From Chiloscyllium plagiosum (taxonomy: Eukaryota): 64,000 bases of DNA. Positions 23,049-35,130 of this stretch are shown one piece after another. Below the pieces are notes generated by a model. The model did not search any database, was not told the origin of the DNA, and was given only the letters and a program-made list of their open reading frames with translations. The stretch lies in assembly GCF_004010195.1 (NCBI RefSeq), contig NC_057728.1, positions 54,507,622-54,571,621 on the forward strand. The letters are read 5' to 3'. Each line of letters begins with the position of its first letter. Position 1 is the stretch's first letter. A program made the position numbers and the translations under genes.

Positions 23049-23820
23049 AGGCAGGAGGCTGGAAGAACACAGCAAGCCAGGCAGCATCAGGAGGTGGAAA
23101 AGTTGATGTTTCGGGTGTAACCCTTCTTCAGGCCTTGGTGTGGGTGTGGGGAAGCTGCAGATAAAGTGGGAGGCGGGGCAGATGGTAAGTGGGAATAGGT
23201 GAAGACAGGTAAAGGTTGGTCAATGGGAAGAAGGAATCCGTTTGGTGGTAGGGAGGATGGAAGGGAGTTGGGGGATGCAGATAAGGGAGTCAGGGGATTG
23301 GGAGCAAGGTTATTTGAAATTGGAGAACTCAATGTTGGGTCCTCCGGGCTGTAGGCTGCCCAGGTGGAAGATAAGGTGTTGTTCCTCCAATAGGAGCTGT
23401 GGTTTGTTTTGGCAATGGAGGAGGCCAAGGATAGTCATGTTGGAAAGGGAGTGGTTGGGGGAATTGAAATGGGCGGCGATTGGGAGGTCCAGTCAGCCCC
23501 TGTAATGCTCGGTGAACCATTCCCTAAGTTTACATATGGTCTCCCCGATGTAGAGAAGACCACATTGGGAGCACCTGATGCAGTAAACTAGGTTGGAGGA
23601 GAGGCAGGTGAACTTCTGTCTCACCTGGAAGGACAGTTTAGGGTCCTGGATGGAGGTGAGGGAGGTGATGTACTACAGGTTTTGCATCTTTTCTGGTTGC
23701 AGGGGAACGTACCTGGGGGTTCGGTGGCGGGGATGGTGTGAGCCAATGATTATCGGAGGGAACAGTCCTTACAGAAGGCAGAGAGGGTTGGGGAGGGGAA
23801 GATGTTCTTGGTGGTGGGGC
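23049..23820 (-). mobile_element. PLE inverted arm (GIY-YIG region to 3' end)
   Basis: Reverse complement of about 24320-25180. Hammerhead-like cctgaagaagggttacacccgaaac at about 23108-23132. Confidence 0.88.
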
Positions 23821-25216
23821 ATTGGTGCAGCATCCTGCACCCAGGCTGAAGTGGAGCAGTTCCTCGACTTCGCCCATAACTGCCACCCCGCCCTCAAATT
23901 CACTTGGTCCATCCCGGGTACCTCCCTCCCCTTTCTCGACCTCAATATTTCCATCTCTGGCGACAGTCTGTAGATGGACATTTACTATAAACCCACAGAC
24001 TCCCATAACTACTCTGGACTACACCTCCTCCCTGCAAAAACTCCATCCCATACTTCCTGCTCTGCGTCTGCCACATCTGCTCTGATGAGGAGACATATCA
24101 CTTGCGAGCATCACGGTTGTCCATCTATTTTGAGCAGCGTGCTTTTTCTCCCTCTGTCATTCAGACAGCCCTTCACCACTCCATCTCTATTCCCCGCTTA
24201 TCTGCTCTAAATCCCCCTCCTCCCGACTCAATAAAGACAGAGTACCGTTGTCCTCACCCACCACTCCACTAGTCTCTGCATCCAACACATCATGCTCAAA
24301 CACTTCCGTCAACTTGAACGAGACCCCACCACGAAGAACATCCTGCCCTCCCCACCCCGTTCCCTCCGACAGTCCTTGGTTCATGCCACCGAACCCCCAG
24401 GTACTTCCCCCTGCAACCAGCAACGGTGCAAAACCTGCCGGTAAACCAACCCCCCCTTCACCTCCATCCAGGGTGCCAAACAGTCCTTCCAGGTGAGACA
24501 GTGGTTCACCTTCCTCCAACCGAGTTTACTGCATCAGGTGCTCCCGATGTGGTCTTCCCTACATTGGGGAAACTGAACGTAAACTTCGGGAATTGTTCAC
24601 CGAGTATCTCAGCTGGGCCTGAAGGGGCTAACCGGACCTCCCAGTCGCTATCCATTTCAATTCCCCCAACCACTCCCTTTCCGACATGGCCTCTCCATTG
24701 CCAAAACAAACCACAGCGCCAACTGGAGAAACAACACCTCATCTTCCACCTGGGCAGCCTACAGCCCAGTTCAACATTGAGTTATCTAATTTCTCTTCCC
24801 TTCCCTCCACTCCTCCCAGCCACCAACCGGATTCATTCCTCCCATTGACCAACCAGGTCGTACCCTCTGCCTGTCTTCACCTATCTCCAAGGAGAAGGTG
24901 CTGGAGATCAGAGCTGAAAATGTGTTGCTGGAAAAGCGCAGCAGGTCAGGCAGCATTCAAGGAGCAGGAGAATCGACATTTCGGGCATTCCTGAAGAAGG
25001 GCTCATGCCCAAAACGTCGATTCACCTATCTCCACTTCACCACCCTGTCGCCACCACCCCCTTTATCTGCAGCTCCCCCCACACCCACCCACAGTCCTGA
25101 AGAAGGGCTAGACCCGAAACATTGACTTCTCCACCTCCTGATGCTCCCTGGCTTGCTGTGTTGTTCCAGCCTCCTGCTTGTCTACTTTGGACTCCAGCAG
25201 TTTTTCTGTCTCTAAC
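23821..25216 (+). mobile_element. PLE, 5'-truncated (RT C-terminus, GIY-YIG, 3' end)
   Basis: EQFLDFAHNCHPALKFTWSI..LPFLDL, DIYYKPTDSHNY, YCIRCSRCGLPYIGET. ctgaagaagggctagacccgaaac at about 25097. Confidence 0.9.
24890..25020. mobile_element. Short PLE-derived insertion with hammerhead-like core
   Basis: 14-bp TSD ttcacctatctcca (24876-24889 / 25021-25034). Contains cctgaagaagggctcatgcccaaaacgtc. Confidence 0.85.
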
Positions 25217-25874
25217 CCAGAGGTGACAGGGCCGACGTTTCACTGCACTGATTTGAGTGCACAGCACAACAAAGGCCATTCAAGACAATGAATGCTGTCC
25301 ACATGATATATTACACAGATGCTCAGGCTCAAACTTCAGCAGTAAATCGATTTATTGCATTTTACTTAATAGCTAATTACGCTATTTTAGAGATACATGA
25401 TGCTCTCATATGAGACATCAGCTCAACTTAGAAAGAATACACATTATAACTTCAGCAACATGCTGTGTATAAGAACATCATTAAGACATGTGAAGATTAC
25501 ACGGAGTTTCGTTCCTCCTGAGAGGAAATTCTCCTTTGTATTCTGATGGGTGGAACTTGTGACATTGGTTAAACATTTTCTGCTTTATATAACACATTAC
25601 GCATCAGGACTAGAGTCTGCTGGAAGCAGTGTCACAAACGTGTCGCAGGTGTACAGGGAAACAAATGGTAATTAGTGACAGAGAGGTAGACAGTCATTGG
25701 GATTGAAGCAAACCTTATAAGGATGAAGGTGGAACTGAGAGAGCACAATGATCAGGAAAGGCTGATCAAGCAGGATCCCTTCCCTGTCCGGAAAAGACAT
25801 GAACAAGTGCCCTGAGAAAATCTTTATAAAATGACAAAGTGCCTTGATAACACAAACACAGAGATATTTTATAT

Positions 25875-26230
25875 TCTTTTATGGGATGTGGGCATTGTAG
25901 CGAGGCAAACATTTATTATTAATCCTTAACTACCCTTGAACCAATGGAGCTGCTGGGCTGTTTCAGAGGGCAGTTAAGGATTAACCAGTTTACTGTGGGT
26001 CTGGAGTCACATGTAGACTGGACCAGTAAGGATAGCAGCTTTCCTTCCCGAAAGGACATTGATGAACAAGATGGGTTTTTACAATAATCAAAGATAGTCA
26101 CTATTTCTGACACTTGCAGATCGATTAATTAAATTTAAATTCCACCAGTTGTCATAATGGAATCAGAACCCATACCACCAACCTGGACCTCTGAATTACT
26201 CATCCAGTCATATTACACTGTCATCACCCT
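25875..26230 (-). mobile_element. tRNA-derived SINE (same family as 17300-17655)
   Basis: atgggatgtgggcatt...tcagagggcagttaag...ggagtcacatgtag...aaggacatt. Confidence 0.7.
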
Positions 26231-26274
26231 ATGTATATTATATCTATATATATAAACTTCCTTTTGTGAGGGAG

Positions 26275-26720
26275 GTCAAAACTGAGAGTTGCATGTACAA
26301 TGGTCAGAAATAAACTGTACAGGAAGTTCTATGAGAAATGCCTTTACCCAAGGAGAGATGATGCAAAATTTCCTCCCACAAGGATTAGTTGAGGCAAGTA
26401 GCTTAGAGATAATTAAAGAGAAGCTGAATAAGTACATGAAGGAGAAAGGAACACGTGGACATGCTGATAGAATTAAATAAAGACCAATGGGAGGAATGTC
26501 ATACGAAACATAGACACCAGCATGGAAATAAAGATGTATACACCTGTTATCTTTCACAGTGTCTCACATCTGCACGCACACAACATGGGTGTTGGGGAAA
26601 ATATAAGCACTACCGCAGTTAGGCAGTAGAATGGGGGAAAATAAAAAGAAGAAAAATATACATCAACTTGGATTAGTTGGGCTGAATGGTTTCTTTCCTG
26701 TGTTACAAATCCTATGTAAG
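26275..26720 (+). mobile_element. Old CR1 3' fragments
   Basis: RNAFTQG..QNFLPQGLVEA..KEKLNKYM, tail ttgggctgaatggtttctttcctgtg. Confidence 0.6.
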
Positions 26721-27309
26721 CATGAACGAGGAACATTTTCTTCATTTTGGCACAACTTTAGTTGCAGTGAGTCATTCCAAGTTATCGTCATTCATCTTCT
26801 GTTGAAGTGGGTCGTCACAGATACCTACCTTTTTAACCAATTACTCCAACTGTGAGATTTGGATCGAAGCACCATACTATCAAACTGAAGTCTCCCTGGG
26901 AAGAAGCTGCCACTATCATGGAATGACAGAAATGTCTTGATTATATGGTTACTACTTGTAATTATCTATCATGTACTGCTGGTGGAGAATGACATAGAAG
27001 TTGCATTGAGTCCAGCCTTGGCTATGTAAGTATTTACCCAACGTGAGAGAAAATAGCTCCAATCTCATTTACTCTACCCCTCTGTATCCGTAAATCTCCA
27101 ACGGCCATTCCACAATCTGGACTAAAATGTTTAGGTGGATGCAACTCTGAGGGGGTGTTGGAGTGTTGGAGGTGCCATCTTTCAGATGTGATGGTAAACT
27201 GAGGCATCTACCCTCTAATGTGGATATAAAGGATCCACTGCCTAGATTTAAAGAAGACCACCAGAGTTTTCCATGGTTCCCTGGACATTGTTTATTCTTC
27301 AACAAACAT

Positions 27310-27795
27310 CAAGAAGCGCAATACCATCCAAGACAAAGCAGCCCATTTGATTGGCACCCTATCCACCACCTTCAACCTTCACTCCCTCCATTACTGATGC
27401 ACAGCAGCAACAGTGCGTATCATCTACAAGACACAATGCAACAACTCACCAAGGCTCCTTGGACACTGCCTCCATGTTGTCATTATCCTGACCCTTGAAA
27501 AATATTGCTGTTCCTACACTGTAGCTGGGTCAATATCCTTGAATTCCCTCCCTCGGGACATTGTGGGTCTACCTAAAGTACATGGACTGCAGCGGTTCAA
27601 GAAGGCAACTCACCACCATCTTGGTAAAAACAATGACTGCAGATGCTGGAAAAGAGATTCTGGATTAGTGGTGCTGGAAGAGCACAACGGTTCAGGCAGC
27701 ATCCAAGGAGCTTCGAAATTACCACCATCTTGTCAAGGCTAGTTAGGGATGGACAATAAATACTGGCCCAGCTAACAATACCCATGATTGAATAA
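27310..27795 (+). mobile_element. CR1/L2-group LINE 3' end
   Basis: accatccaagacaaagcagcc...gcggttcaagaaggcaactcaccacc...agggatggacaataaatactggccc. Confidence 0.8.
27624..27720 (-). mobile_element. Short PLE-derived insertion
   Basis: 12-bp TSD accaccatcttg (27612-27623 / 27721-27732). Body ctgcagatgctgg..gtggtgctggaagagcac. Confidence 0.85.
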
Positions 27796-27896
27796 CAAGA
27801 AATAAATCTGGTCATTATTTTACTGCTAATTGTGGGGGTTGTTGCGTGTTAGTTGCCTGCTCTATCCTACCTCACAACAGTGACTACATACAAATG

Positions 27897-28062
27897 TTAT
27901 AGTCCAACAGGTTTATTTGGAAGCACTAGCCTTTATCAACACCTGATGAAGGAGCAGTGCTGGGAAAGTTAGTGCTTCCAAATAAACCTGTTGGACTATA
28001 ACCTGATGTTGTGTGATTTGTAACTTTGTCTACCCCAGTCCAACACTGGCACCTCCAAATCA
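27897..28062 (+). mobile_element. Fold-back PLE-derived element with hammerhead-like loop
   Basis: 12-bp TSD tacatacaaatg (27885-27896 / 28063-28074). Arms ttatagtccaacaggtttatttggaagcact / agtgcttccaaataaacctgttggactataa. Loop has ctgatgaaggagcagtgct..gaaa. Confidence 0.88.
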
Positions 28063-29483
28063 TACATACAAATGAGATTTGTTATACTCCAGAATGGCAT
28101 GAGGTCATGAAAGTTGCTGTTGGAAAACAAATCTTTCTTTCTTTTCATCTACCTGTCTCATACAACAACCTTGAACATTATTATATATTTAGCCACATCC
28201 ACTCAAACTGGAAGTGATTTCTACAACCTTACAATTGAATGTGTCCACCCCCCTGCTATAAATCCCTTGTTTGTAGCTCCTCATTGTTGTATCCATATTA
28301 GCTATTGTGGAATCGGTGTTGAAAATCTCCGAAACTGCATCAATTTTTCGATCCTTGTGACTTAGTGTTGCAGAATGGGGATTTTGTTACCTGTCACCAT
28401 TTAATATGTTGTGCTATTGACAACTTGTGTCAGATATTGCTCTGTTTGGAAAGTGGTAGTTATAAATAGAGGTCTTATTTTTAGACAACACTGAACTATT
28501 GTCCCTGCAAACCATTTTGATTTAACGATTAGGTGAAGTGTGTCTTCTGTAGGCATGACACACTTCCAGCATGTAGCCCACAATGAAAGTAAGGCGTGGG
28601 ATGATTATTTTCTGGACTCCTATCTTTTAGCCATTGGATCTAAAATTAAGATACAGCTTTTGTACAATTTGTAAAATAGGGTTTAATAAACACCTTTGTG
28701 TTTGTGATTGAGCTTGTGAGATGAAGGAAAGGGCTAATGTTTATGCTGAGCCGTACCATGTCACCAGGTTACCACAAACCCTTTGCAACTAGCCAATTAC
28801 CTTTTAAAGTGCAGTTGCTGTTATGTGATTTAATGTTGCATATAAATGTGACAATTCACTCTCTGGTAGGTATTGTGAAAAAATATTTATTCGTTTCTAT
28901 TCAGGCCTTCATTCCCTTCCAAAATCACTTTCATTTAGAAGAAATAATATCCACAGTCAAAATACATTAAATCTGATGTCTGCTGACATTTCCTCTTAAC
29001 CTCCACCATAATGGATTCCTAGTTCCATCACAATGGAAACCTCCTATGTAAACATGAAACACTATAATTGGAGCTCAGTGGTGGGGTTGCAGTGTCTCTG
29101 CTGGAGGGAGGGTGTAATTACAACCAAGCAATAATATCAGTTTCCAAATTGTGATGAAGGTATGAAAATATGGAGAAAATGTATGACTCAAAAGGGGAAA
29201 CTTAAATTATGTCGATCTACCCACACTTATTGGCTAATCCTACTTCACCTGAAGATGTCACTTGATCTTAATTTTCTGCCCAGGACGGCCAACTCTTATG
29301 AAGCAAAATAGGGAGCACTTTGACCAATGAACTGGGAATGAGGGGAATGTGGTTGGGGATGAGATTGTTGTAGACTAATAGAATGGGGGTGGTGGTGATG
29401 GTACATGGTTGATGACCATGAGAGGAGAAGCAAGGAATTGAGAGGCAATTTCTGTTACTAATGTCAATCAGATTGGGCGGCTT

Positions 29484-29983
29484 GCCAACTTTTATAGGTG
29501 TGTCATCAAGAGCGTTCTGTCTGGATGTATCACTCCCTGGTACAGTAACTGCACCATTTAAGATCAGAGATAGTTGCAGAGAGTGGTGAACTTGGCCCAG
29601 ACAATCACAAAGGCCAACCTCCCATCTATAGAATCCATCTACCAGGCCCGCTGTCAAAGAAAGGCCGCCAGCATTCTCAAAGATCCATCCCACCCTGGCA
29701 ACGCATTTGTACAACCTCTACCTTTGGGAAGAAGGTACTGAAGCCTGAACACATGCACCAGCCGGTTTCGAAACAGTTTCTACCCAATTGTTGTTAGAAT
29801 ACTGAATGGACTCACAAACACTTAGCATTTGCCTGTACCTGTGTTTTTGTTTTTGCCGCTGTTTACCTATTATTTACTTATCTATGCTCCTTAACTCTTT
29901 GATCTGCCTGTATTGCTCACAAGACAAAGCTTTTCACTGTGCCTCAGTACACATGACATTAAATTCAACTCAATTCAGTTCAA
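29484..29983 (+). mobile_element. Rex1/Babar LINE 3' end
   Basis: NFYRCVIKSVLSGCITPWY, AASILKDPSHPG, tail ttttcactgtgcctcagtacacatgacattaaattc. Confidence 0.88.
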
Positions 29984-30457
29984 TGCGTGGTGATTTAACG
30001 CAAGCTAAACCTGCAACCTATCTTGGGGAGTCACAGCGTTGCCTGTGCCTGACTCACTGATTTACTCAAGCCTCAAGCTCAACGTTCCATGAGTGATGGG
30101 CCAGAAGACATCTTCAAGAGGCATAGGACGAGCCGTCAAAACATGGGACAATCCCTTAAAATGCAGGGCAGTCAATCGCCATGTTTTCTTCTGACTGGCT
30201 TCCTGATAGATCCATGAGGAAATCTGGTCAGTTTTATAGATCTATCCTTGTTAGTGTCACCTGAAGCTGTTGACAGAGGATGAGTATCCTTTGTATGACA
30301 TTGAATGGGACAGCAGAAGAAGCAGGGATCACAAGAATTGATCAGTTTGGAATAGCTAACCCAGTGTGGTAGCTGAATATTGTTCTTGTCAGTCTGTAGA
30401 GGTATACATGTTCCTCCTGGTCCCAAAGAAAGACATAGCAGCCACAAATATTCTCAC

Positions 30458-30700
30458 CTTCCCTCTGCGTACACTAGCCCGATTTCCACAGAGTCAGAGA
30501 CATAAAGATTCAGCACCCTGCATGTGAACAATCTTCCACAGGACACACACACACTTCCTGACCGCAACTGGGACTTCCTGCTGTCAGTTTTTGGTCACAC
30601 TTTTCTGCTGATACATCCTTTGAAAACTGTTATGTCGACAATAAAAGGTTGACCTCTCCCACCGCACCCACATCCTGTGAATGAGTCAAACCGCAGAGAG
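30458..30700 (-). promoter_or_regulatory. Candidate enhancer/alternative promoter (ETS, RUNX, AP-1 cluster) with downstream splice donor
   Basis: ACTTCCTG at 30553 and 30573. ACCGCA at 30561, 30661 and 30690. CCACATCCTG at 30668. TGAGTCA at 30682. Minus-strand donor AAG|GTGAGA after 30458. Confidence 0.4.
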
Positions 30701-31124
30701 GACAGCCATGGTGTGCAGGTAAAGACTAAGAACTCATTAGTAACAAAGGTTGGTTCAGCTCTGCACAATCCCTCACCCGCCCACTAACCTCTTAAGAAAG
30801 CAAGTCTGAAAAATAACCTGGTAATGTTTAAAGATTCTTTTTGCTTGAGATCACAGTGACCCTCCCCAATTCCATTGTCAAGAAAAAAAACTGGGACCCA
30901 CAATCTGGGCTTTATGAAGGCAATACTCATTTGAGGAGTTTCCCGCAGGGAGTTGCTGTTAGATGTAATGTCAACAATGGTATCATCACTGCAGAGAACG
31001 CTCTGGATTTTTGTATAGATTAACCCATAATAATAGCAATTTCATTTTGAATGGAAATCACTTTTATTTATATAACATTTTCTCACCTTCTCAAAATTGC
31101 TGAAAACATTGAAATTCAGTTTAG

Positions 31125-31655
31125 GGTTTATTTATGGGATGCAGTTAGGTCAGCATTTATTCTCCATTTCTAATTGCCCTTGAGAATACAACAGTCCTAG
31201 GGGTGTACAGACTGCACTGTGCGGTTAAACAGGGAGTTTCAGGATTTTGTTCCAGTAATACAGAACAATATATTTCCAAGTCAGGATGAGCAGTGGCTTG
31301 GATGGAGATGGTGGTGTTTCCATTCATCTGCTTCCCTTATCCTTCTAGATGGTAGAGGTCACAGGTTTGAAAAGTGTTGTTGAAGTCTGTTTATGAGTTG
31401 CTGCCAATGCCTCTTGTAGGTGTTCTTACAGGTGCCATGGTGCAGTAGTGACGGGGGGAAAGGGAGGGTGGGATTGAATATTGAAGGTGGAGGATCCATC
31501 AAGTGAGCTGCTTTGAGATGGATGTGTTCAAGCACTCATTTTGGCCAGTGGGCAGTATTCTTTCAGAATCCCCACTTGTGCCTTTTAGGTGATGGATAAG
31601 TTTTGCAAAGTCAGGAGTTGAGTTACTCACAACAGAGTTTCCAACAAGTGACCGG
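31125..31655 (-). mobile_element. CR1/L2-group LINE 3' end
   Basis: cagcatttatt..ctaattgcccttgag...atatttccaagtcaggatg...aagtcaggag. Confidence 0.75.
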
Positions 31656-32386
31656 CCTATGGACTGATATGGTAGATAAGGCCTGTATTAGTGTCTTGAT
31701 CTGAGGTTTTTAAATTGCCAGGCCTTTAAACCTGAAAAAAAAGGCCTGAAGCTGACAACATGAAAAAAGCCTCTACTGAACCACTTTGATTGACAGGCCA
31801 TCTGGTATAGGTAAGAAAAAGTTTCTACCATCTATTCCTGCAGTTTCAATAGAGATTTTGTAAACATTTTGCAAGAGCTTTCATTAAAGTCGGCATCATT
31901 AGGAATGGTTGCCTGAGTTTCCAAAGCAACAAAAACATATATCTCAGCAAGGGGCTGACTGAGTTCATGTTTTTATTGACAGTTTAAAGGGCATGTTAAA
32001 GGATTACAAAGCTTTGATGCATTTAATACATTTCACTTTACTTTTTTATAACAGACTGAACTCTTGAAGGGATTTAAGGTTTTTGATTGGGTTGCAAGAA
32101 TTAAAGTTTCTTTCTGTATCAAGTGGTTATGAATAAGATCTCTAGATCGCTGGATATTTTTCTTTCATCTTCAGAAGGCTCCAAAATTCTTCTCACAGTG
32201 GATCCTGGGTGAGCGGCAAGGAATTGAGAGGGAACATACGGTATGGGGAGGATATATTGTGATATAAAGGTGAACGAGGAGAGTGGGCTGGCATTGAGGG
32301 TGCATGGAGATTGGTTGGGGTGTAAGGAGGAGGGAAGGACGAGAGCTGAAATGTTTAAGACAACAGGAACGAAGTCTCGGAAAACC

Positions 32387-32509
32387 GGGAAACAGTGAGG
32401 TCTGCAGATACTGGAGATCAGGATGAAGTGCTCCGGCCCGAAACATCGATTTTCCTGCTCCTTGGATGCTGCTTGACCTGCTGTACTTTTCCAGCAAGCA
32501 ACTTTCAAC
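32387..32509 (+). mobile_element. Short PLE-derived insertion, degenerate hammerhead
   Basis: TSD tctcggaaaacc / tcttggaaaacc (32375-32386 / 32510-32521). Contains gatgaagtgctccggcccgaaacatcg. Confidence 0.8.
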
Positions 32510-32779
32510 TCTTGGAAAACCAGGGTAGCCCTTTGACTCAGTCTGCTTTTGCTCTGATTGGAACCTCTCAGACACCCACGGTCTGCTTCCAGGGTTAGCA
32601 GGTCTGGGATGCTCCCGCTGCCACCCCTTCAGATCAGAATTTGCATGTAATGGGATTTTTACATCGAAACTGGCCTGGCGAGTCAAGAAATGACCTGAAC
32701 CAAGGTACCAGCATCAGCAGCACAAATCTGGCCCACCATCTGTCGATGTCCTGGAGCGCTGACTGAAATGGCACCTAGC

Positions 32780-34205
32780 GTGGTCATATTCTCACTTTTG
32801 TCTCTCAGAATTGTGTGTTCAAGTCTCCCAAATCCAGACGATTGAGCACCAAATGTGAGTAGACATGGTAGTGGAATACTGAGGGAGTGCTGCATTGCCA
32901 TGTTTCATATGAGACGTTAAAACTAAGTGCTGTCATAAGTGGACATTAGAAAATCCCACAGCATCATTTTTGAAATTAACAACAGAATTTCTATCCATTC
33001 CCTGTATATTCATTCATCTAGCGACATAGAGTGATAGAGCATGGAAACAGGCCCTTCGGTCTAACTCCTCCATATCAACCAGATGTCCTAAACTGATCCA
33101 GTCCCATTTGCCAACACTTGGCCCATATCTCTCTAAACTCTTCCTATTCAAATACCCATGCAGATGCCTTTTAAATGTGATTGTACCAGCCTCCACCATT
33201 TCCTCTGGCAGCTGATTCCATACTTCATGAAAAGGTTGCCCCTTAGGTTCCTTTTAAATCATTCTCCTCTCACCCTAAACTCTTGCCCTCTAGTTTTAGA
33301 CTCCCCACCCCAGGGAAAAGACCTTGTCTGTTTACCCTATCGATGCCCCTCATGATTTTATAAACCTCTCTAAGGTCATCCTTTGGCCTCTGACACTGAC
33401 TCGCCTTTCCTTATAGCTCAAAGCCTGGCAACATCCTTGTAAATCTTTTCTGAACCCTTTCAAGTTTCACAACATCCTTCCAATAGGTGGGAGACCAGAA
33501 TTGAACGCAATATTCCAAAAGTGGCCTAACCAATGTCCTGTGCAGCTGCAACATGGCCTCCCAACTCATATATTCAATGTTCTGACCAATAAGGGAAAGC
33601 ATACCAAACACCTTCTTCACTATCCTATCTACCTGTGACTCCACCTTCAAGGAACTATGAACCTGCACTCCAAGGTCTCTTTGTTCAGCAACACAGCCCA
33701 GGTTCTTACCATTAAGTGTATAAGTCCTGCCCTGATTTGCCTTTCCAAAACACACACCTCGCATTTATCTAAATTAAACTCCTCAGCCCATTGGCCCATC
33801 TGATCAAGATCCTGTTGTATTCTGAGGTAAACTTCTTTGTTATCCACTACACCTCCAATTTTGGTGTCAACTGCAAACTTACTAATTATATCTCCTACGT
33901 TCACATCCAAATCATTTATATAAATGATGAAAAGTAGTGGACCCAGCACCGATCCTTCTGGCACTCCACTGGTCACAGGCCTCCAGTCTGAAAAACAAAC
34001 CCTCCACCACCACCCTCTGTTTTCTACTTGACATGCAAAAATGAATTCTCTAGTCATTAATGCGTTACTGTTTATGGGATCTTGCTGTGTACAAATTAAC
34101 TGCTGTGTTTCCTATGTTATGGTGCCAAAATAAGTTATTGGCTATAAATTATTTAAGAATCTCCTGAGGATGTGAAGGATGCTGTACAAATATGAGTCCT
34201 TTCTT
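32780..34205 (+). mobile_element. DeuSINE/SacSINE1-like SINE split by a CR1 (pieces about 32780-33020 and 34035-34205)
   Basis: ttgagcac...tactgagggagtgctgcattg..atgagacgttaaa. Resumes with tgtttatgggatcttgctgtgtacaaatt...cctgaggatgtgaagg. Confidence 0.65.
33025..34032 (-). mobile_element. CR1 LINE, 5'-truncated
   Basis: ORFs 33647-34057 (SGVPEGSVLGPLLF), 33411-33764 (LEYCVQFWSP) and 33014-33199. Confidence 0.92.
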
Positions 34206-34516
34206 TTAAAAGCGGAATTTCAGATCAGCAATAAATTCTGACTAAGATTCTATGGAATCATCGGGAGTGAATATTCCATCCCTGGAGTTGATGAAGAAGA
34301 TGGTAAGAGGGGAAAATAATTGGACAAGATGGTCCTGGAGGAATAGTTACCTCCCTTCTCCACCATTAAATGTTCAATTAATGGCCACTAAAAAGCCTCA
34401 ACTTGCCGTCGGCCCAGTTACCTGATTTCCTGGCAGGTGAGAGAAGTGGTTGGATTGGGAAATCAAGGCAGCCTGCCCACCTCTTAGGGGAAGGAGCCTC
34501 CATTAACCTCAGTCTG

Positions 34517-34815
34517 GGGTGGTACGGTGGCTCAGTGGTTAACACTGCTGCCTCACAGCACCAGGGACCCAGGTTTGATTCCAGCCTCGGGCAACTGTCT
34601 GTGTGGAGTTTGCAAGTTCTCCCTGTGTCTGTGTGAGTTTCCTCCGGGTGCTCCAGTTTCCTCCCACAGTCCAAAGATGTGCAGGTCAGGTGAATTGGCC
34701 ATGTTAAATTGCCCATAGTGAGGTGCATTAGTCAGAGAGGGAAATGGGACTGGGTGGGTTACTCTTCGGAGGGTTGGTGTGGACTTGTTTCCACACTGTA
34801 GGGAATCTAATCTAA
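34517..34815 (+). mobile_element. HE1-type SINE, full length
   Basis: gggtggtacggtggctcagtggttaac...ccacactgtagggaatctaatctaa. Confidence 0.92.
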
Positions 34816-34869
34816 CAGTAATAAAAGGGCATGATTACTAAAAGCCAACCGCTGTCTTTACCTCTGACC

Positions 34870-35130
34870 TTCTTGAAACCATTCAATGTTTGACCTCAAC
34901 CTCTTCCTGTAATAAAGAAATCTACAGGCTCACCACTGTCTGGGTGAAGAAATTTCTCCTCGTCTCTGTCTTAAATGGTCTACCCCGTATTCTCAAACTG
35001 TGACCCCTGCTTCAGAACTCTGTGATCATTGGGAACATCCTTCCTGCCTTCACCCTATCAAGTTCTGTTAAAAATTCATAGGTTTCTATGAGCTCTCTCC
35101 TTCATTCTTCAAATCTCCAGCAAAGGTGGC
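34870..35130 (-). mobile_element. Old CR1 fragment
   Basis: tcaccactgtctgggtgaagaaatttctcctcgtctctgtcttaaatgg. Confidence 0.6.

Larger units (their letters stand above)
20424..25285 (+). mobile_element. Putative non-coding element with a Rex1-like 3' tail, split by CR1 and PLE insertions
   Basis: Head agatggcagcagagtaagacgctc plus pyrimidine tract, GC-rich repeats, aagatggcacc at about 23019. Tail tttcactgcactgatttgagtgcacagcacaacaaagg after the PLE. Confidence 0.5.
27095..28140 (+). mobile_element. DeuSINE/SacSINE1-like SINE split by a LINE tail and a PLE hairpin
   Basis: ggaggtgccatctttcagatg...ggatataaaggatcc. Resumes at about 27800 with atctggtcatt...caacagtgactac and at 28075 with gaggtcatgaaag. 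Confidence 0.65.

Noticed and set aside
34517..34590. tRNA genes at HE1 heads
   Set aside because: The A and B boxes belong to SINE heads that continue into SINE body and tail. No proper cloverleaf ends.
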